Positions 37,388-50,249 of a DNA stretch of 64,000 nt are shown in pieces. The stretch comes from Heptranchias perlo (Eukaryota). The stretch's first letter is position 1; the number at the start of each line of letters is the position of its first letter. Made by a program: the position numbers and the translations under genes. The notes below the pieces were generated by a model. It ran no database searches. It saw only the letters and a list, made by a program, of their open reading frames with translations, and was not told the DNA's origin. Where the stretch lies: the NCBI RefSeq assembly GCF_035084215.1, contig NC_090332.1:34906001-34970000 (forward strand). Reading direction: 5' to 3'.

Positions 37388-38104
37388 GGCCCAGAAATTG
37401 CTTAGAATGGTGTAGTGGTGAAATCGAGGAGCAAGTTCCGGCCTTCGCACGTGCGCAAACGCGGAAATCTGAAACTTGCTCCTCCTGTTTCGCCGGCGGT
37501 ATGACAGCTTCAAATTAAAGGCAGCTTCAAATTGCCGGCTGGAATCAGTGGAAACAAGGGACCAGCGCCAACTTGTTCATCTTCCCAGCTGGAAAGTAAC
37601 TAATATCGCCACAAAACAGGTACACTTAAAAATACCAGGTCTCAACTAGGTTTTAATTCTTAATGACTGCCAAACAACTAAAAATTAACTTTTAAAAATG
37701 TGCAGCCTCTTTACTCCTTATTTTAATAGTTTGTCATTAAAAATTTATTTAAAAAAAGATTTTTAAAAACTTTTTCCTTGTCTTTATTTAATTCAATTAT
37801 TTCTTACCATCTTTTTTTTCCACTGTCTATAACTTTTTACAATGATTTTAGCGTTGTACCTTTCACTTTCTGGATTTAACATTGAAGCTTGCAGAAACCA
37901 TTCGCAGCTTGTCAAAAATGCTGCAATCTGATTGGTCGAGGGGAGAGAACGATCCTCTCGCTTCTCCCATGGGTCCCAGCTTCACTGGAGCTCTTCTCCG
38001 CTTCCTATTGGAGGAAGTGCACCCAGTAAAGATCGCAGTGGGTTAGTATAAATCTATGGAGCAGTGAGCACGGTTGGTTCGCCACTTCGAGCAATTTCTA
38101 GTAC
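37388..38104. mobile_element. Harbinger-type MITE
   Basis: TIRs ggcccAGAAATTGCT / AGCAATTTCTagtac; TAA on the left flank. Confidence 0.6.
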
Positions 38105-38382
38105 ATTCAGTCACTTTAAATCAGAGGCTCAGATGTTATGCCCTACATAGCACAAACACCTCCATTGTTACAAAACAATGTGTCCTCTGACACACCATGA
38201 GTAACACCATGGGAGAACTGGTAGTATATTTTAAAAATGTGTCCCTGTGTTAGATGCAATGTGGTTAGTGAGTGGAAATTAATTAAGATTTTGCTAATAT
38301 TACTAGCATTCCCCTTAAAAAATGGTTACCTGTTCAAGTTTCATTCAAGATTTTTAAACTTATCAATTGGATATTGAGTTAC

Positions 38383-38457
38383 CTTGGAAATCTGAACAGG
38401 CCCTGAACTTTCTCTCTTTTTCTTCTTTTGCTTTTTCTTTTTCTCCTTTTTGCCTCT
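38383..38457 (-). CDS. Ser/Arg/Lys-rich protein, coding exon 4 (RGKKEKKKKQKKKKRESSGPVQISK)
   Basis: ctttcttttag acceptor, AAG|GTAACT donor, 75 nt, phase 0/0. Confidence 0.85.
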
Positions 38458-38647
38458 CTAAAAGAAAGCAGATTGTATAAAGGTGCTCAGTAATACTGGC
38501 AGACATGTTTTCCTCTGATTGAATAGCAAACGTCATCAGTTACTACATTTCAAAATATTTTATTTTGCATATACTTTTCCTGTAAAGATATCAAAATGAA
38601 AAGAAACTTCAATATAAATATCCAAGGTAGGCAGGAGAAATTCTTAC

Positions 38648-38703
38648 CTTTTTGTGTTGTTTTTCTTTCTTCCTTTTCTTTATTTTTGACCGTTTCTGGG
38701 AGT
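38648..38703 (-). CDS. Ser/Arg/Lys-rich protein, coding exon 3 ((D)SQKRSKIKKRKKEKQHKK)
   Basis: attttcacag acceptor, AAG|GTAAGA donor, 56 nt, phase 1/0. Confidence 0.85.
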
Positions 38704-40398
38704 CTGTGAAAATAGTAACAGGAACAGCTTCAAACATGAAGCGCCCAATAGGTTTCCTTCAATATTTAAACATGCCATATTCTAAAACAAAATGGTATCA
38801 AATAACATCTGTTCTCTATTTGTTGCAAAACAGGATTTATTCTCAACTTCCAATTGATTTCCCATATTTCTTTATTTTTCTCCCCAATACTGAAACCATT
38901 TTTTTTAATAAAACTTGTCCGTAACATACCCCTCAATGTTTCTGAAGAAAACATTATTGAGATGAATATTGGCAGAGATAATTAAATGCTCCACAGAACA
39001 TTTTGGTTTCTGATCAAATGCTCCACAAACATTTTTGGTTCTGTGCTGCTGGGGCCATGGTGGAAAGCAAACAGACAGGTGCAAGTGTAGATCGATGTTG
39101 TGAAGTTTTGCTCAATCATATTTAGAGATTCGTGGTTAACTTTTGCAGAACTTTCTCTCAGAATATTAAATATGAGTAGAGAGTCCATGATGTAACAGAG
39201 TGTGCATGTTCTGTGAAAGAAATAGGTTTCATGGGCTCTTCTTTTTCCATTTTTTTTTATGATAGAGGGAATCTACTGCAGTGGTTCTCAAAACATTTCT
39301 TTAGGCTTGGTTCAATACTTAAAACTTTTTTGCGATAGTCTCCAAAGTAATTTCATAGTTGCTTGCTTCCTTCTCTAAAAGGATATGGATACAGGTCTGC
39401 AAAAAAAGTCTTCCCCTCTTCACTTTCATTTCTTTATCTTCCTCTTCATTTTTCTCTCTTGCTCTTCATGCTCCTTTACTTCAGTCACTTTTTCACTTCC
39501 CTTTTTCTCTTCCATTTACACTTCTTCTGTTTGGCTCTGCAACACTTCTTGTCCATACTGCCTGCAGTATTTACTGTCTTATTAACAGACAACAGGGATG
39601 AAACGTGAGGGGTGAGGAGGAGGGATGGGAGTGGGCCATTGAGTTGCAGGAGTGAGATGATATGGACTGGAGCTAATTGGCAGGAATCATTGCAGTTGTT
39701 ACTCTGGTACTAGTGTAATTCAGACATGTTAAAAATAATACATATCAATTTGATCTTTTCCCAGCCTCTCTCTGCACTCCACCTGAGTGTGTCCATGGTT
39801 TGAGAATTATTGGTCAATAAACAGTAATTTGAACTGCCATCCAGTGGCAGTAATTAAGCACTCCAACAGATTCTAGATATATTGTATCACATAGGAAAAG
39901 GATCTCCACACTGCTTTGATGGAAAAAGGGAGTACACATACTAGCCAAAAATAAAATATCATCTGTATCACCATAATTCAATCCTGATCAGGTCTCTGTT
40001 TTTAACATTACATTAGCGTGGGGAGTACGTTTGAACAAATAGTTCAGAACAAAACATTAAATGCAAGATGCTGCAGCTTCAGAAATACCTTGGAAGTGCA
40101 ATAGAGGTGGAAAACTTTTAATCTACAATCTGAAGTTCTAAGTGCAAAAAACAAGGCTACTTTAATGTTTACCTTCTCCCTTCCCATGAAAAAAGTGATG
40201 AATAAATCATTTTGTTCAGCGATGAAGGGCTTTTACTCTAATGTGTTAAAAGCAGGGCTATCCTTTCCCCTCTTCAAGGATAAAACAGCTTTTGTAAATC
40301 AACAAACGAGTAACTTGCAGTCAACTTGATGTGTTTAAGAACTTCACCCTCAAAATTCAGGGTAAATTTCAGCTGCTCACAGCACTTTGTGCACTCAC

Positions 40399-40533
40399 CT
40401 CTACTACTTGATCTGCTTCTACTTCTTGAGGATGACGATGACGACAAACTCGAAGACAATGAACTTGATGATGATGTTGAGGTCACGGAAGAGGACCTAC
40501 TTCTGCTTCGTTTCCTTTTTCTTTTTTCTTTTC
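40399..40533 (-). CDS. Ser/Arg/Lys-rich protein, coding exon 2 (KEKRKRKRSRSRSSSVTSTSSSSSLSSSLSSSSSSRSRSRSSSR)
   Basis: ttcttttataaag acceptor, GAG|GTGAGT donor, 135 nt, phase 1/1; RS dipeptides and poly-Ser. Confidence 0.85.
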
Positions 40534-42638
40534 CTTTATAAAAGAACATTTGCATATTTGGAATAGTGGATAACAGTTTATGAACAAAATTCATCAGCTT
40601 TCTTATACATATTGTCATAAAGCCGAAAGTTAGAAACTGAATTACCAAAGATATGAAGTTTTCCTTCAGTGCTGCTACAAGTTTTATTTTAAAACTTTCA
40701 GAAATTCTTGACTGGATACTGAAGCCAACTGTGTAACTACCTACCCCCAACAACACCTGACAACCCGAGACCAGTTAGCTCAGGATGTGCCTGACGTGTA
40801 TGGCACAATATCACACTATTCAGAGTGACAGCTTCCCACTAAGCCACTGGATGAACAATTTAAGTTGATTAAAGTAAAGATTTTGTATAGTCATTAATGC
40901 TGAAATATCCTGATAGTGTGAAACTTTACAGATTTATGGAAAATAGTGTGGTAGGAATTGCAGGGCTGTATACAGTATGTGTGTTTTTCAAGAAAGTATG
41001 TTTATAAAAAAAAGTTTTAATTTATATTTTTAATTATTTTTTCTTCTTTCAAGTTCGCACTTTGGTATTCTATTCCCTGCTGTCTATGTCCAGCCGGTTG
41101 TTAGCCTCCAATGCACCACAGCCCATTCTTGGATGTCGCACATGCGGGCAGCCCTCCCCGCAGAAGAGCTGAATGTGTTTCCTACCTGGGACGCATTCTC
41201 TGTCACTCCTTCACTGTCCTGTTATTTGGTCAGTCTACCCCCAACTGCACCACTGTATAACGTGGAATGGACTTAGATCCTACCATAAATCAATTTTCCA
41301 GCTAACCTTGAATCTGCTTCTGTTTTGGCATGTTCTGCGCCCAAGCTGTTCCCACTCCACTCTAAAATCCAAATGACTAACTATGCATTGTTTTGTACAC
41401 ATTATATGACCTTCATTATAAGTAGAGGGGACTCTCTCCTCCACCATCACTGTCATCTCTCAGTCATTGTCCAATTATTGGTCATTCATTCACACTTCAC
41501 CTAAACGTTCTGCTGGTCTCAACTCCATGTGTGTAACTCCACAGGAGGTTGACTGGTATATTAAAAGTTTACCACTTTACATGCACTTCCTATTTGTCAC
41601 ACTTTATTTGTAAGGTTTTTATCATGCCAGACAGTCACACCAGGGTGTAATGCCTAGAACTGTTTTTAAACTAAGAATTATTTTTAAATTGTAAGGCTTC
41701 TATACTTACAATACTTACCACGTCTCCTAATGTTAGGTGGCACTGCTGCTCCTCCAAAATTTGTCTCCCACCTACATTACTCCAAGTAGCACCGCAAGTA
41801 AGCTTTAGACAGTTTTTTCTTTTGTTCCAGCAGGTAAATTTATATTAAGTTTATTTAAATTTATAGTTTATATTTATACTTTCTTTTAATATGATGGGGA
41901 AACTGAAGGAAAAAGTAGATAACTCTTTCAGAGAGCTAGCAAAGGAACAATAGGCTGAACAGCCTTCTTCTATGCTGTAAAACTTTATTATACTAAATTT
42001 ATTTTAACTTCACTTACTGTGATTTACTTATTTTGTGTCAGCTGCCTCCACAGGCCTGCCTGTCCGCACTGCTGTGAAGCCTCATGACTCCAGCTACCTG
42101 ACCTCCCTCTTGCCCCACTATCTGATTTGATACTAATTTGGATGCTCACACTCCCCGTTCTCAACAGCCCCAGTCCTGCTACATGCTGTTATGTCTAGTC
42201 CTCCCTCTCCATCCCACACCTACCTGACTTTCATCCTCATTGGTGCTCCAAGCAGCAACTCCACCTCTGGCCATTTTCTTGTCAGACCTTGCAGCCTTCC
42301 TTCACATGCCTAGCGCTGGAAAAATTAGCAATTTTTTTTTTTAAAAGCACTTATAGTGCTATATTCTGCCACCATAAAATGCAACCTGCAGCCCTCAGTA
42401 ACTCCCTTCCCCTAACACATGAAAGAAAAGAGAAAAAAGCAGCATAGAGAAACAAGAAAGAAGTGAAATTGGGAGATGAAAAGAGATGAGAGAGAGACAA
42501 TGGAGGCAGAAGAGGAGACAGACAGAAAGTAAACACCAACATGAACAGAACAGATAGAAAAGACTTGCATTTATATAGCGCCTTTCACAACCTCAGGATG
42601 TCCCAAGCTGCTTTCCAGCCAATTAAGTAATTTTGAAG

Positions 42639-45047
42639 CAAAAGCAAAAGCAAAATACTGCAGATGCTGGAAATCTGAAATAAAAACAGAAAATGCTGGA
42701 AAAGCTCAGCAAGTGAGGCAGCATCTGTGGAGAAAGAAACAGAGTTAACGTTTCAGGTCGAAGACCTTTCGTCAGAACTGGAAGATGTTAAAGAGTTAAA
42801 GTTTTTAAGTAAGTACAGAGCCTGGGAATGGGGGGGGGGGAAAGAGAGGGGAGGGGAGGAAAGAACAAAAGGGAAGGTCTGCGATAGGGTAGAGGGCAAG
42901 AGTAATTAAATGACAAAAGGGATGATGGTGCATGGCAAGGAGGTTGGTAATGGGACAAGTTAAGAAACAAAAGATCAGTCTAGAGGAGCTGTAAATGGCA
43001 ACAGAAAACCAATACCAGCAGCTGCAGTGCAACAAATAAAAAGGAAAGAAAAACAAAAAAAAATGGGAGCAGTAGTTATGATCTGAAGTTATTGAAATCA
43101 ATAATGTTGAGTCCGGTAGGTTGTAAAGTGCCTAAACGAAAGATGAGGTGCTATTCTTCGAGCTTCCGTTGGGCTTCATTGGAATGGTGTAAGAGGCCAA
43201 GGACTAACGGGGACCTTGTCATGGTTCTGGGAGAGAGGGGAAGGGGTGAGGGCAGAAGTGTAGGAAATAGGACGGACACGGTCGAGGGCCCTGTCAACTA
43301 CAGTAGAGGGGAATCCTCGGTTGAGGAAAAAGGAAGACATATCGGAAGCACTGGTGTGGAAGGTGGTATCGTTAGAACAGATGCGATGGAGAAACTGGGA
43401 GAAGGGAATAGAGTCCTTACAGGAAGCAGGATGGGAGGAAGTGTAATCAAGGTAGCTGTGGGAGTTGGTGGGCTTATAATAGATATTGGTTGACAGGCTA
43501 TCCCCAGAAATGGAGAGAGAGAAGTCGAGGAAGGGAAGGGAAGAGTCGGAGATGAACCATGTGAAGGCGAGGGAAGGGTGGAAATTGGAAGCAAAGTTGA
43601 TAAAATTTTCCAGTTCAGGGCAAGGGCAGGAAGTGGCACTGATATAGTCATCAATACATCAGAAAAAGAGGTGAGGGAGGGGACCAGAGTAGGACTGGAA
43701 CAAGGAATGTTCCACGTATCCCACAAAAAGGCAGGCATAGCTGGGACCCAAATGGGTTCCCATAGCGACACCTTTTATTTGCAGGAAGTGACTGGATTCA
43801 AAGGAGAAGTTGTTCAATGTAAGAACTAATTCAGCCAAGTGGAGGAGGGTGGTGGTGGATGAGGACTGGTTGGGCCTCCATCCAAGGAAGAAGCGGAGGG
43901 CCCGCAGGCTGTCCTGGTGGGGGATGAAGGTGTAGAGGGACTGGACGTCCATGGTGAAAAGGAGACGATTAGGGCTGGGGAACTGGATACCGTTAAAGTG
44001 GCAGAGGGTGTCAGAAGAGTCACGGACGTAGGTTGGAAGAGACTGGACAAGGGGAGAAAAAATGAGTTGAGAAAGAAGGGAATAAGTTCTGTGGGGCAAG
44101 AACAGGCTGAAACGATGGGCCTCCCAGGGCAATCCTGTTTGTGGATCTTGGGAAGAAGGTAGAAGTGGGCTACACAGGGTTGGGGGACTATGAGGTTGGA
44201 GGCCGTTGGTGGAGGGAAGATCTCCGGAGGAGATGAGATCAGTAGTGGTCTGGGAAACTATGGCTTGGTGTTCGGCAGTGGGTCATGGTCCAGGGGGAGG
44301 TAGGAGGAAGTGTCGGAGAAATGGCGTTCAGCCTCTGCAAGGTAGAGGTCTGTTCGCCAAACAACAGTGCCGCCCTTGTCAGCAGGTTTAATGACAATGT
44401 CAGGGTTGGACCTGAGAGAACAGGGTGCTGCAAGTTCAGAGGGAGGTAAGTTAGAGTGAGTGAGGGGAGTAGAGAAATTAAGATGGCTGGTGTCACGCCG
44501 GCAGTTCCCAATGAAAAGATCAAGAGAGGGTAAGAGGCCAGAGGGAGGGGTCCAGGTGGAACTAGAATTCCGAACGTAGGAGAAAGGTCCGCAGCGTGGG
44601 GGGTGGGGAAGACTCCTGGCCAAAGAAGTGGGTGCAGAGGTGGACGCGACGGAAGAAGAGCTCAGCATCACATCCAGCTCGAAATTCACTGAGGTGGGGG
44701 CGTAAGGGGCTGAAGCCGAGGCCTTTGCTGAGGACAGATTGTTCAGGGTCAGGGAGGGGAAGGTCAGAGGGGTTAGTGAAAACACAAAGGGTGAGATTGA
44801 TGGGAGGGGTGGGGTCAGAGGAAAGTGAAGGAGAAGAAGGATGAGGAGAGGCATTGGTATCTAAGCGTTGTTGAAGCTTGTGGTCCTTAACACCTGAAAG
44901 GAAGAAGAAAAGTGCTGGATGAGGCGAAGGATGAAATGGAACTGCGGAACAGGACAACTCTGAAATAGAGTGAGTCGGTACTGCTGGAGAGAGAGGTCGA
45001 GAGCGGGCATGTAGCGACGCATGGCAGAGCGTGGATCTCAGGAAGAG
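42639..45047 (-). mobile_element. Penelope-like element, family B, inserted into a SINE
   Basis: IKPADKGGTVVW, LFTMDVQSLYTFIPHQ, QIKGVAMGTHLGPSYA; colinear with 20415-23324 but with an internal deletion near 43205; TSD AAGTA(A/T)TTTTGAAG at 42625-42638 and 45048-45061. Confidence 0.9.
42743..42779 (-). ncRNA. Minimal type I hammerhead ribozyme motif in the family-B PLE tail
   Basis: Minus strand: agtt-CTGACGA-a-AGGTC ttc GACCT-GAAA-CGTT-aact, with palindromic AACGTT at stem III. Confidence 0.8.
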
Positions 45048-45061
45048 AAGTATTTTTGAAG

Positions 45062-45423
45062 TGTAGTCACTATTGTAATATAGGAAACGTGGCAGCCAAT
45101 TCGTGCACAAACAAGCAATGTGATAATGACCAGATAAATAATTTTAAAAAAAAGTGACGTTGGTCGAGGGATAAATATTGTCCAGGACACCAGGGAGAAC
45201 TTCCCTGCTCTTCTTCAAAATCATGCCATGGAATCTTTTACATCCATCTGAGTAGGTGGACAGGTTAATGTCTGATCCAAAGGACGGCACCTCCGACAGA
45301 GCAGCATTCCCTTAGTACTGCAATGGAGTGTCAGTCTAGGTGTGCGCAAGTCTCTGGAGTGGGATTTGAATCCACAGCCTTCGGAGTCAGAGGCAAGAGT
45401 GCTACTGCTGAGGCACAGCTGAC
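45062..45423 (-). mobile_element. tRNA-derived SINE (Deu-domain type), 5' portion; the 3' portion lies at about 42560-42638
   Basis: Head gtcagctgtgcctcagcagtagcactcttgcctctgactccgaaggctgtGGATTCAAATCC; central gttctccctggtgtcctggacaatatttatccctcgacc; tail ...aaaggcgctatataaatgcaagtct beyond the PLE. Confidence 0.8.
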
Positions 45424-48400
45424 ATATAGGCAAGAGAGAGAGAGAGAGACAGTATCCTCCAATAAGGAACACCACAGGAGATCCACAAGTAATATAATCT
45501 GGTGTGCACTTCCTGTTTGTCAGACACTTAATTCTTGCCACGATTATGTCATGCTTGGATAGGTATTATTGGGCGTGATGCTTTTAAACCGCAAGGTTTA
45601 TATATGTTTCTATACTTACCACTACTTATCCTTTAGTTCTCTGAATTCCAGGTTCTCCCCCAAATGCCATTTCCCAGGTCTGGTGCTCTAGTAGCGTTGC
45701 AAGGAAGTTTGACTTTTATTGAAGTTTTTGCTATTTATTTTTTCCTCAGGTCATGAGGCAAGTTTTATTTCAACTTTTTAAATTTATTTTTCCTTCCCCC
45801 CGTGCCCACTTTTGTGAGGAATTTGTTTTTACATCAAATATTTATTTGTTGTTTCAGGTCTTCTGTCACCTACCACCCAAAAGCTCTTTTCCCACCTGCT
45901 TCCTGCCGCTCCCAGGTTGGGACTGGAACCCGCTGTCTCCTATTTAATGGCCCTAATATGCCAGTTCTTGCCAGTGCCGTGCACACCTGCCAATCTGCTG
46001 CCTATTCTTCATTGGTTTTGGTACTCAGCTGCTATGTCCACCACTGTGCTTACACACCAACCAAAGGCTCTGCTCACTGATCTTTGCTGATTTTGACAAT
46101 GCAGAAAGCAAGATGGTCAGAAAGTTGGCCTGTTGTTGGCAGGTAAGCAGGTTAGCAGCCATGACAGCTGAGTACTGAAATTGGCCAAGATCAGTGAGCA
46201 TCCCACTCCTCCCTGGCCACTGGACCTCTCATTTGATGCAGCCTCTCTGTGCTGGATTACCAGCAATGAGCTGATAAACAGCATGAAGTCTTTACAAGCA
46301 CATAGCGGTTACACTATGAAAGCACAATATATGACTCTTATGTGCCTTAATATAAAAAGCCTGTGCTCATAAGCAGGCTTTTTTTTTTTAAAAACATAAC
46401 TTTAAACCAGGGAAGATTGTGCAACAAAACCTGTTGGTTTAGAGTGACCATACGCTTAAAAAGTTCTTACACTATAAAAATATACAGCTTTAACTTTTAA
46501 GCATATTAACAACCTAACAGCCTGCATTTACTTCAGTGCTCTTAAACAAGCTTTTAGCTTCCATGTCACTGTCAGTAGCGCAATATAATGTGCCAAAGGC
46601 ACGGCCGGGAAAGGGGGTGGTGGAGGGGAAGTGAAAGAGAGACCAGGCATATGTGATCCCGGGGAAGGGCTAAACAGCTTAACTTGACTGAGTAATGCCC
46701 ACACAAGTCGATCTCTTATGGCATTGCACATGGGGAATCAAGACCATGTGTAATCATCAGGTGAGAGAGAGCGGGGGATAATTGAACTAAAGATGCAGAC
46801 GTAACTCAGTCCCCATTTTAGACTCATACATTGTCTTTATTTTTTAAATAATACTTTGACTTTGTGTTATTATTTATAGATAAATAAGATGCAAAACTGA
46901 TGTTCTACAGCAAAGGTAGAAGAGTGTAATTGACAGCGTATCAAGTTTACATGTAAAAAAAACCCACAACATTATATATCAGCGCAACTCAGTAAGGGGA
47001 AAGGTGGTTTTTGATGTGGTTTCACTTGTGGATTGCTGTGGTCTGTGGGGCTTTATAATTTACTTGGTGTGAATATGGTACCTAATGAAGTGGTATGCTT
47101 TGCTGAAATTTAATTGCTATATAATGTAACGTGAGGGGGAAAATGTAATGTATTGGTGAGGGGATTTGATTGGCAGAATTTCCTGTCGCAGGAATTATAA
47201 GTAGAACTTGTTATGTCAGAACTTTGAAAATTAACAGTTTTTTTAAAACAAAAGTTAAATAGTGTTGCTTACTTCTTTGTGCTTAGGTAGTTGTTCAGGT
47301 ACAAGAACACAGGCCTGATCTAGCAATAATGAGCAGAGCTTAGCGGCTGTTTAATTTTGAAAATGGCAGGGTTTTAAAATTTAAAAAAAATATTAGGCTA
47401 CCCATTGTTCTTCAAGTCGTTAAGGTTAATGAAGATGGGCGGCAGGGTGCATTATAGGAGGAATTGAGGAGATATTAGTTGCATCACAATATTGAAAATG
47501 GTAGTGCATTTTCAAAAAAGCCTAGTCAGTCAGTCCTCTGTGGTGTTACACACTAAGTTCCAGAATATTCAGTTTCTGATGTCTATGTTGCTGTTTCCCT
47601 CAGTATCTCTTCTCCCTTTAACTCTTTTTGCTTCTCTCTTTGTATTTTTCTTCTTTCCTTCCATTTGGGAACTAGTGGGTGCTTTGGCATGGTGTGGTGA
47701 GGAAAATGGAGCCACCAACAACTGCATTTGTGGGGAAAATAAGGCCCTCAGCAGCACCCTCCCCATCGTTTCCCCCACTCCCATCACATCCCCTACCCCT
47801 TCACCTTCATACTACCCATTCCCCTTCCTACCACATGTCCACACCAATCACTATCCCTACCTCCTTCCATTTGAATCCACTCAACTTTTGTATCCTTTCT
47901 TTCCGCCTTGATCCAGTGTCACTCACTTCACACTTAACCATCGATCCATGGGAACATAGGAATAGAACATTCAGTCCCTCGAGCCTGTTCCGCCATTCAA
48001 TGAGATTGTGGCTGATCTGTGACCTAACTCCACCCACACACAATTTTACACCCACCACGCGCCCCCCCCGGCCACAATGGGTGGCAAGAGGCCAGAGGTC
48101 CCGTTACCCTCATCCAGATTCCCTCTTCACTTCCCCTTCCTACCCTCACTTCCTTATGTTTCCAGGCTTTGCTTTCTAAATTCAAATTGTTTCTTGAAAA
48201 AGAAATCAAATTAGAATAAGGCAAGAAACGTCTGTCTGCCTTTTAATTTATTTGTGCCTTCCTACCTAAATCTTTCTCTCCCGATCTCTCTCAGGTGTAT
48301 ATGATTAGCACTGATCTTTTCTAACTGTTATGGGAAATAATTGGTTGGCTTCAAAATGTAACTGGTGACTGCTTTTGAATATTGAAGGAATATTAAATAG

Positions 48401-49622
48401 AAAAAACTCTCTCTCACTCAGACTCCAATGTCTCCCTTAGTTTAATACACCTTTTAAAGTTTATAGTACACAAAAGATACAACAGATGTGTAATCAGTAG
48501 TGTCATTTTTTTTCTCTCACTACCACTTTAAAAAAATATAAATTTTCCCTCAATAAAGTTTATGAAAATTTGCCCTTTTTTCAAAATTATTTGACCAAAG
48601 ACTACAGGATAAAAAGTACTAGGAAGTAAAGAAAATATGCTACCAGTACAGCTGACTGAACAGTACCAATATTTCTGGGAAATTAGGTACACAGCATACG
48701 ATCAGACTGCGCAATCTAAATTCAGCTCAGAATCACAGGTCTGGACAACAATATCATGTCCAAGCTCAGGCTTTTGAGAGAGGCTGTGGCCTTCAAGTAA
48801 AAATTTTAATGCAGGCATTAAAAGACAATTCAATGGATAACTTTAGTCATGTTATTGCAAAATATATATTTGTGAACCCTCTTGGAAATTAGAAATTTCA
48901 ATTACGAGGAAAAAATGTTAGTTGAACAGAATTTCAGAAAGCATTTTGAGCAATTAATGGGAATCAGGTGGCCAGATTGCACAATCTCAGGGTGATAAAA
49001 TAACAGCTACCATGTGTCAGAAAGTGTGAAAAGGTCCATAATAACAGCACCTGTAGAAGTAAGAGGTACTCAAGAGTTCTTGATGAAATGCACGGCCTAT
49101 GTACCAAATTTAGATATATATATATATTATATATATGAGATTTTAAACAGTTTACTTCTTTCCTATAAGTGGCTCTTCAGTTTGAATATGTAGGTTATAA
49201 TTGTGCCACAATTTTGAAAATGCTAGAGCTTTTTAAAAAAAATAGAAACAATAACTGTATAGGGTGCAGTGGTGCAGCTAGGTTCGGACGACGGGGGCAG
49301 GAGCTAGTGATTTGGCTAACTTAGCAGGAAGGGGACTGAGCTGGGATCTGGGGATGTACCTACTTTGTAGGCCAACCCAGGAACTGCACAGATTTGCAGG
49401 CTGAAGCTGAAGGCTGAAGATGGGCAACAGAGGCTCCTGGGAGCAATATGGAGGTGATCCTCCAAAGCCGTGCTGGCCAACCTCAAAATGATTTCGGGGG
49501 GGGGGGGGGTCATGTCCCTCTACTGGCTATGCCGGTGGTCTCTCATAGGTTCTAGCAATTCTACCATGTAATCATTATTCTAGACTAGTTGCAGACAGCA
49601 GAGTTAATAGAACAACCAGTAC

Positions 49623-49704
49623 CTCTACCTCTTTTTTTCTGCTCCTCTGAAGATGTGCTTGGGTTCTGGCTTTTTTTTCTGTGACTGTCCATCCGACCCT
49701 CCAT
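49623..49704 (-). CDS. Ser/Arg/Lys-rich protein, first coding exon (MEGRMDSHRKKSQNPSTSSEEQKKRGR)
   Basis: Acceptor ttttctttag with the exon starting at 49710, ATG at 49704 in context atcATGG, phase-1 donor after 49623 (or after 49629). Spliced CDS 492 nt = 163 aa, open through all six exons. Confidence 0.75.
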
Positions 49705-50249
49705 GATAAACTAAAGAAAATACATACTTTATTAAACAAAATTCTTCTAATACAGATCACAAATAATTGCAATTTGAGAACATAAAGCACTAGTACAATT
49801 ACATTCCACAATGTACAGCAGTAGCTTTGGTTCACTAAGCAGCTCCCTGAACAGATTTCAATTATTAAACAGCCTTTGGAAATAGTAGACTGAATGGATC
49901 ACCTCTGCAGGGCGAAGAATTTTTGACGGGTGGAGGTTAGTGTAGGCATACGTGTATTTTTGAGAGTATGATTATGATTACTTCCTCCATTCTCACTACA
50001 CTGGAAATAAACATTTGCTTTTACATCATGCTTTCAATACACTTCAAGAATGGATGTCTTTGAAGGGCAGCGATTGCCCCTTCTGTTGCACACAGCAGGA
50101 TCCCACAGTGACTGGTTAATTTGGGCAGGGGGCTGAGTAAAGGAGTTCGGAGAACCCTCTGCTCTTCTGAAGGTCTCATAGGATTTCAAGCGCACCTTGA
50201 TCACCAGCCCAGGTGGACACAACTCAATCCGAAGGACAACACCCCAGAG

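Noticed and set aside
40274-40756. 160-aa minus-strand ORF as a stand-alone gene
   Set aside because: Only 40399-40533 is bounded by splice sites; the rest is intron read-through.
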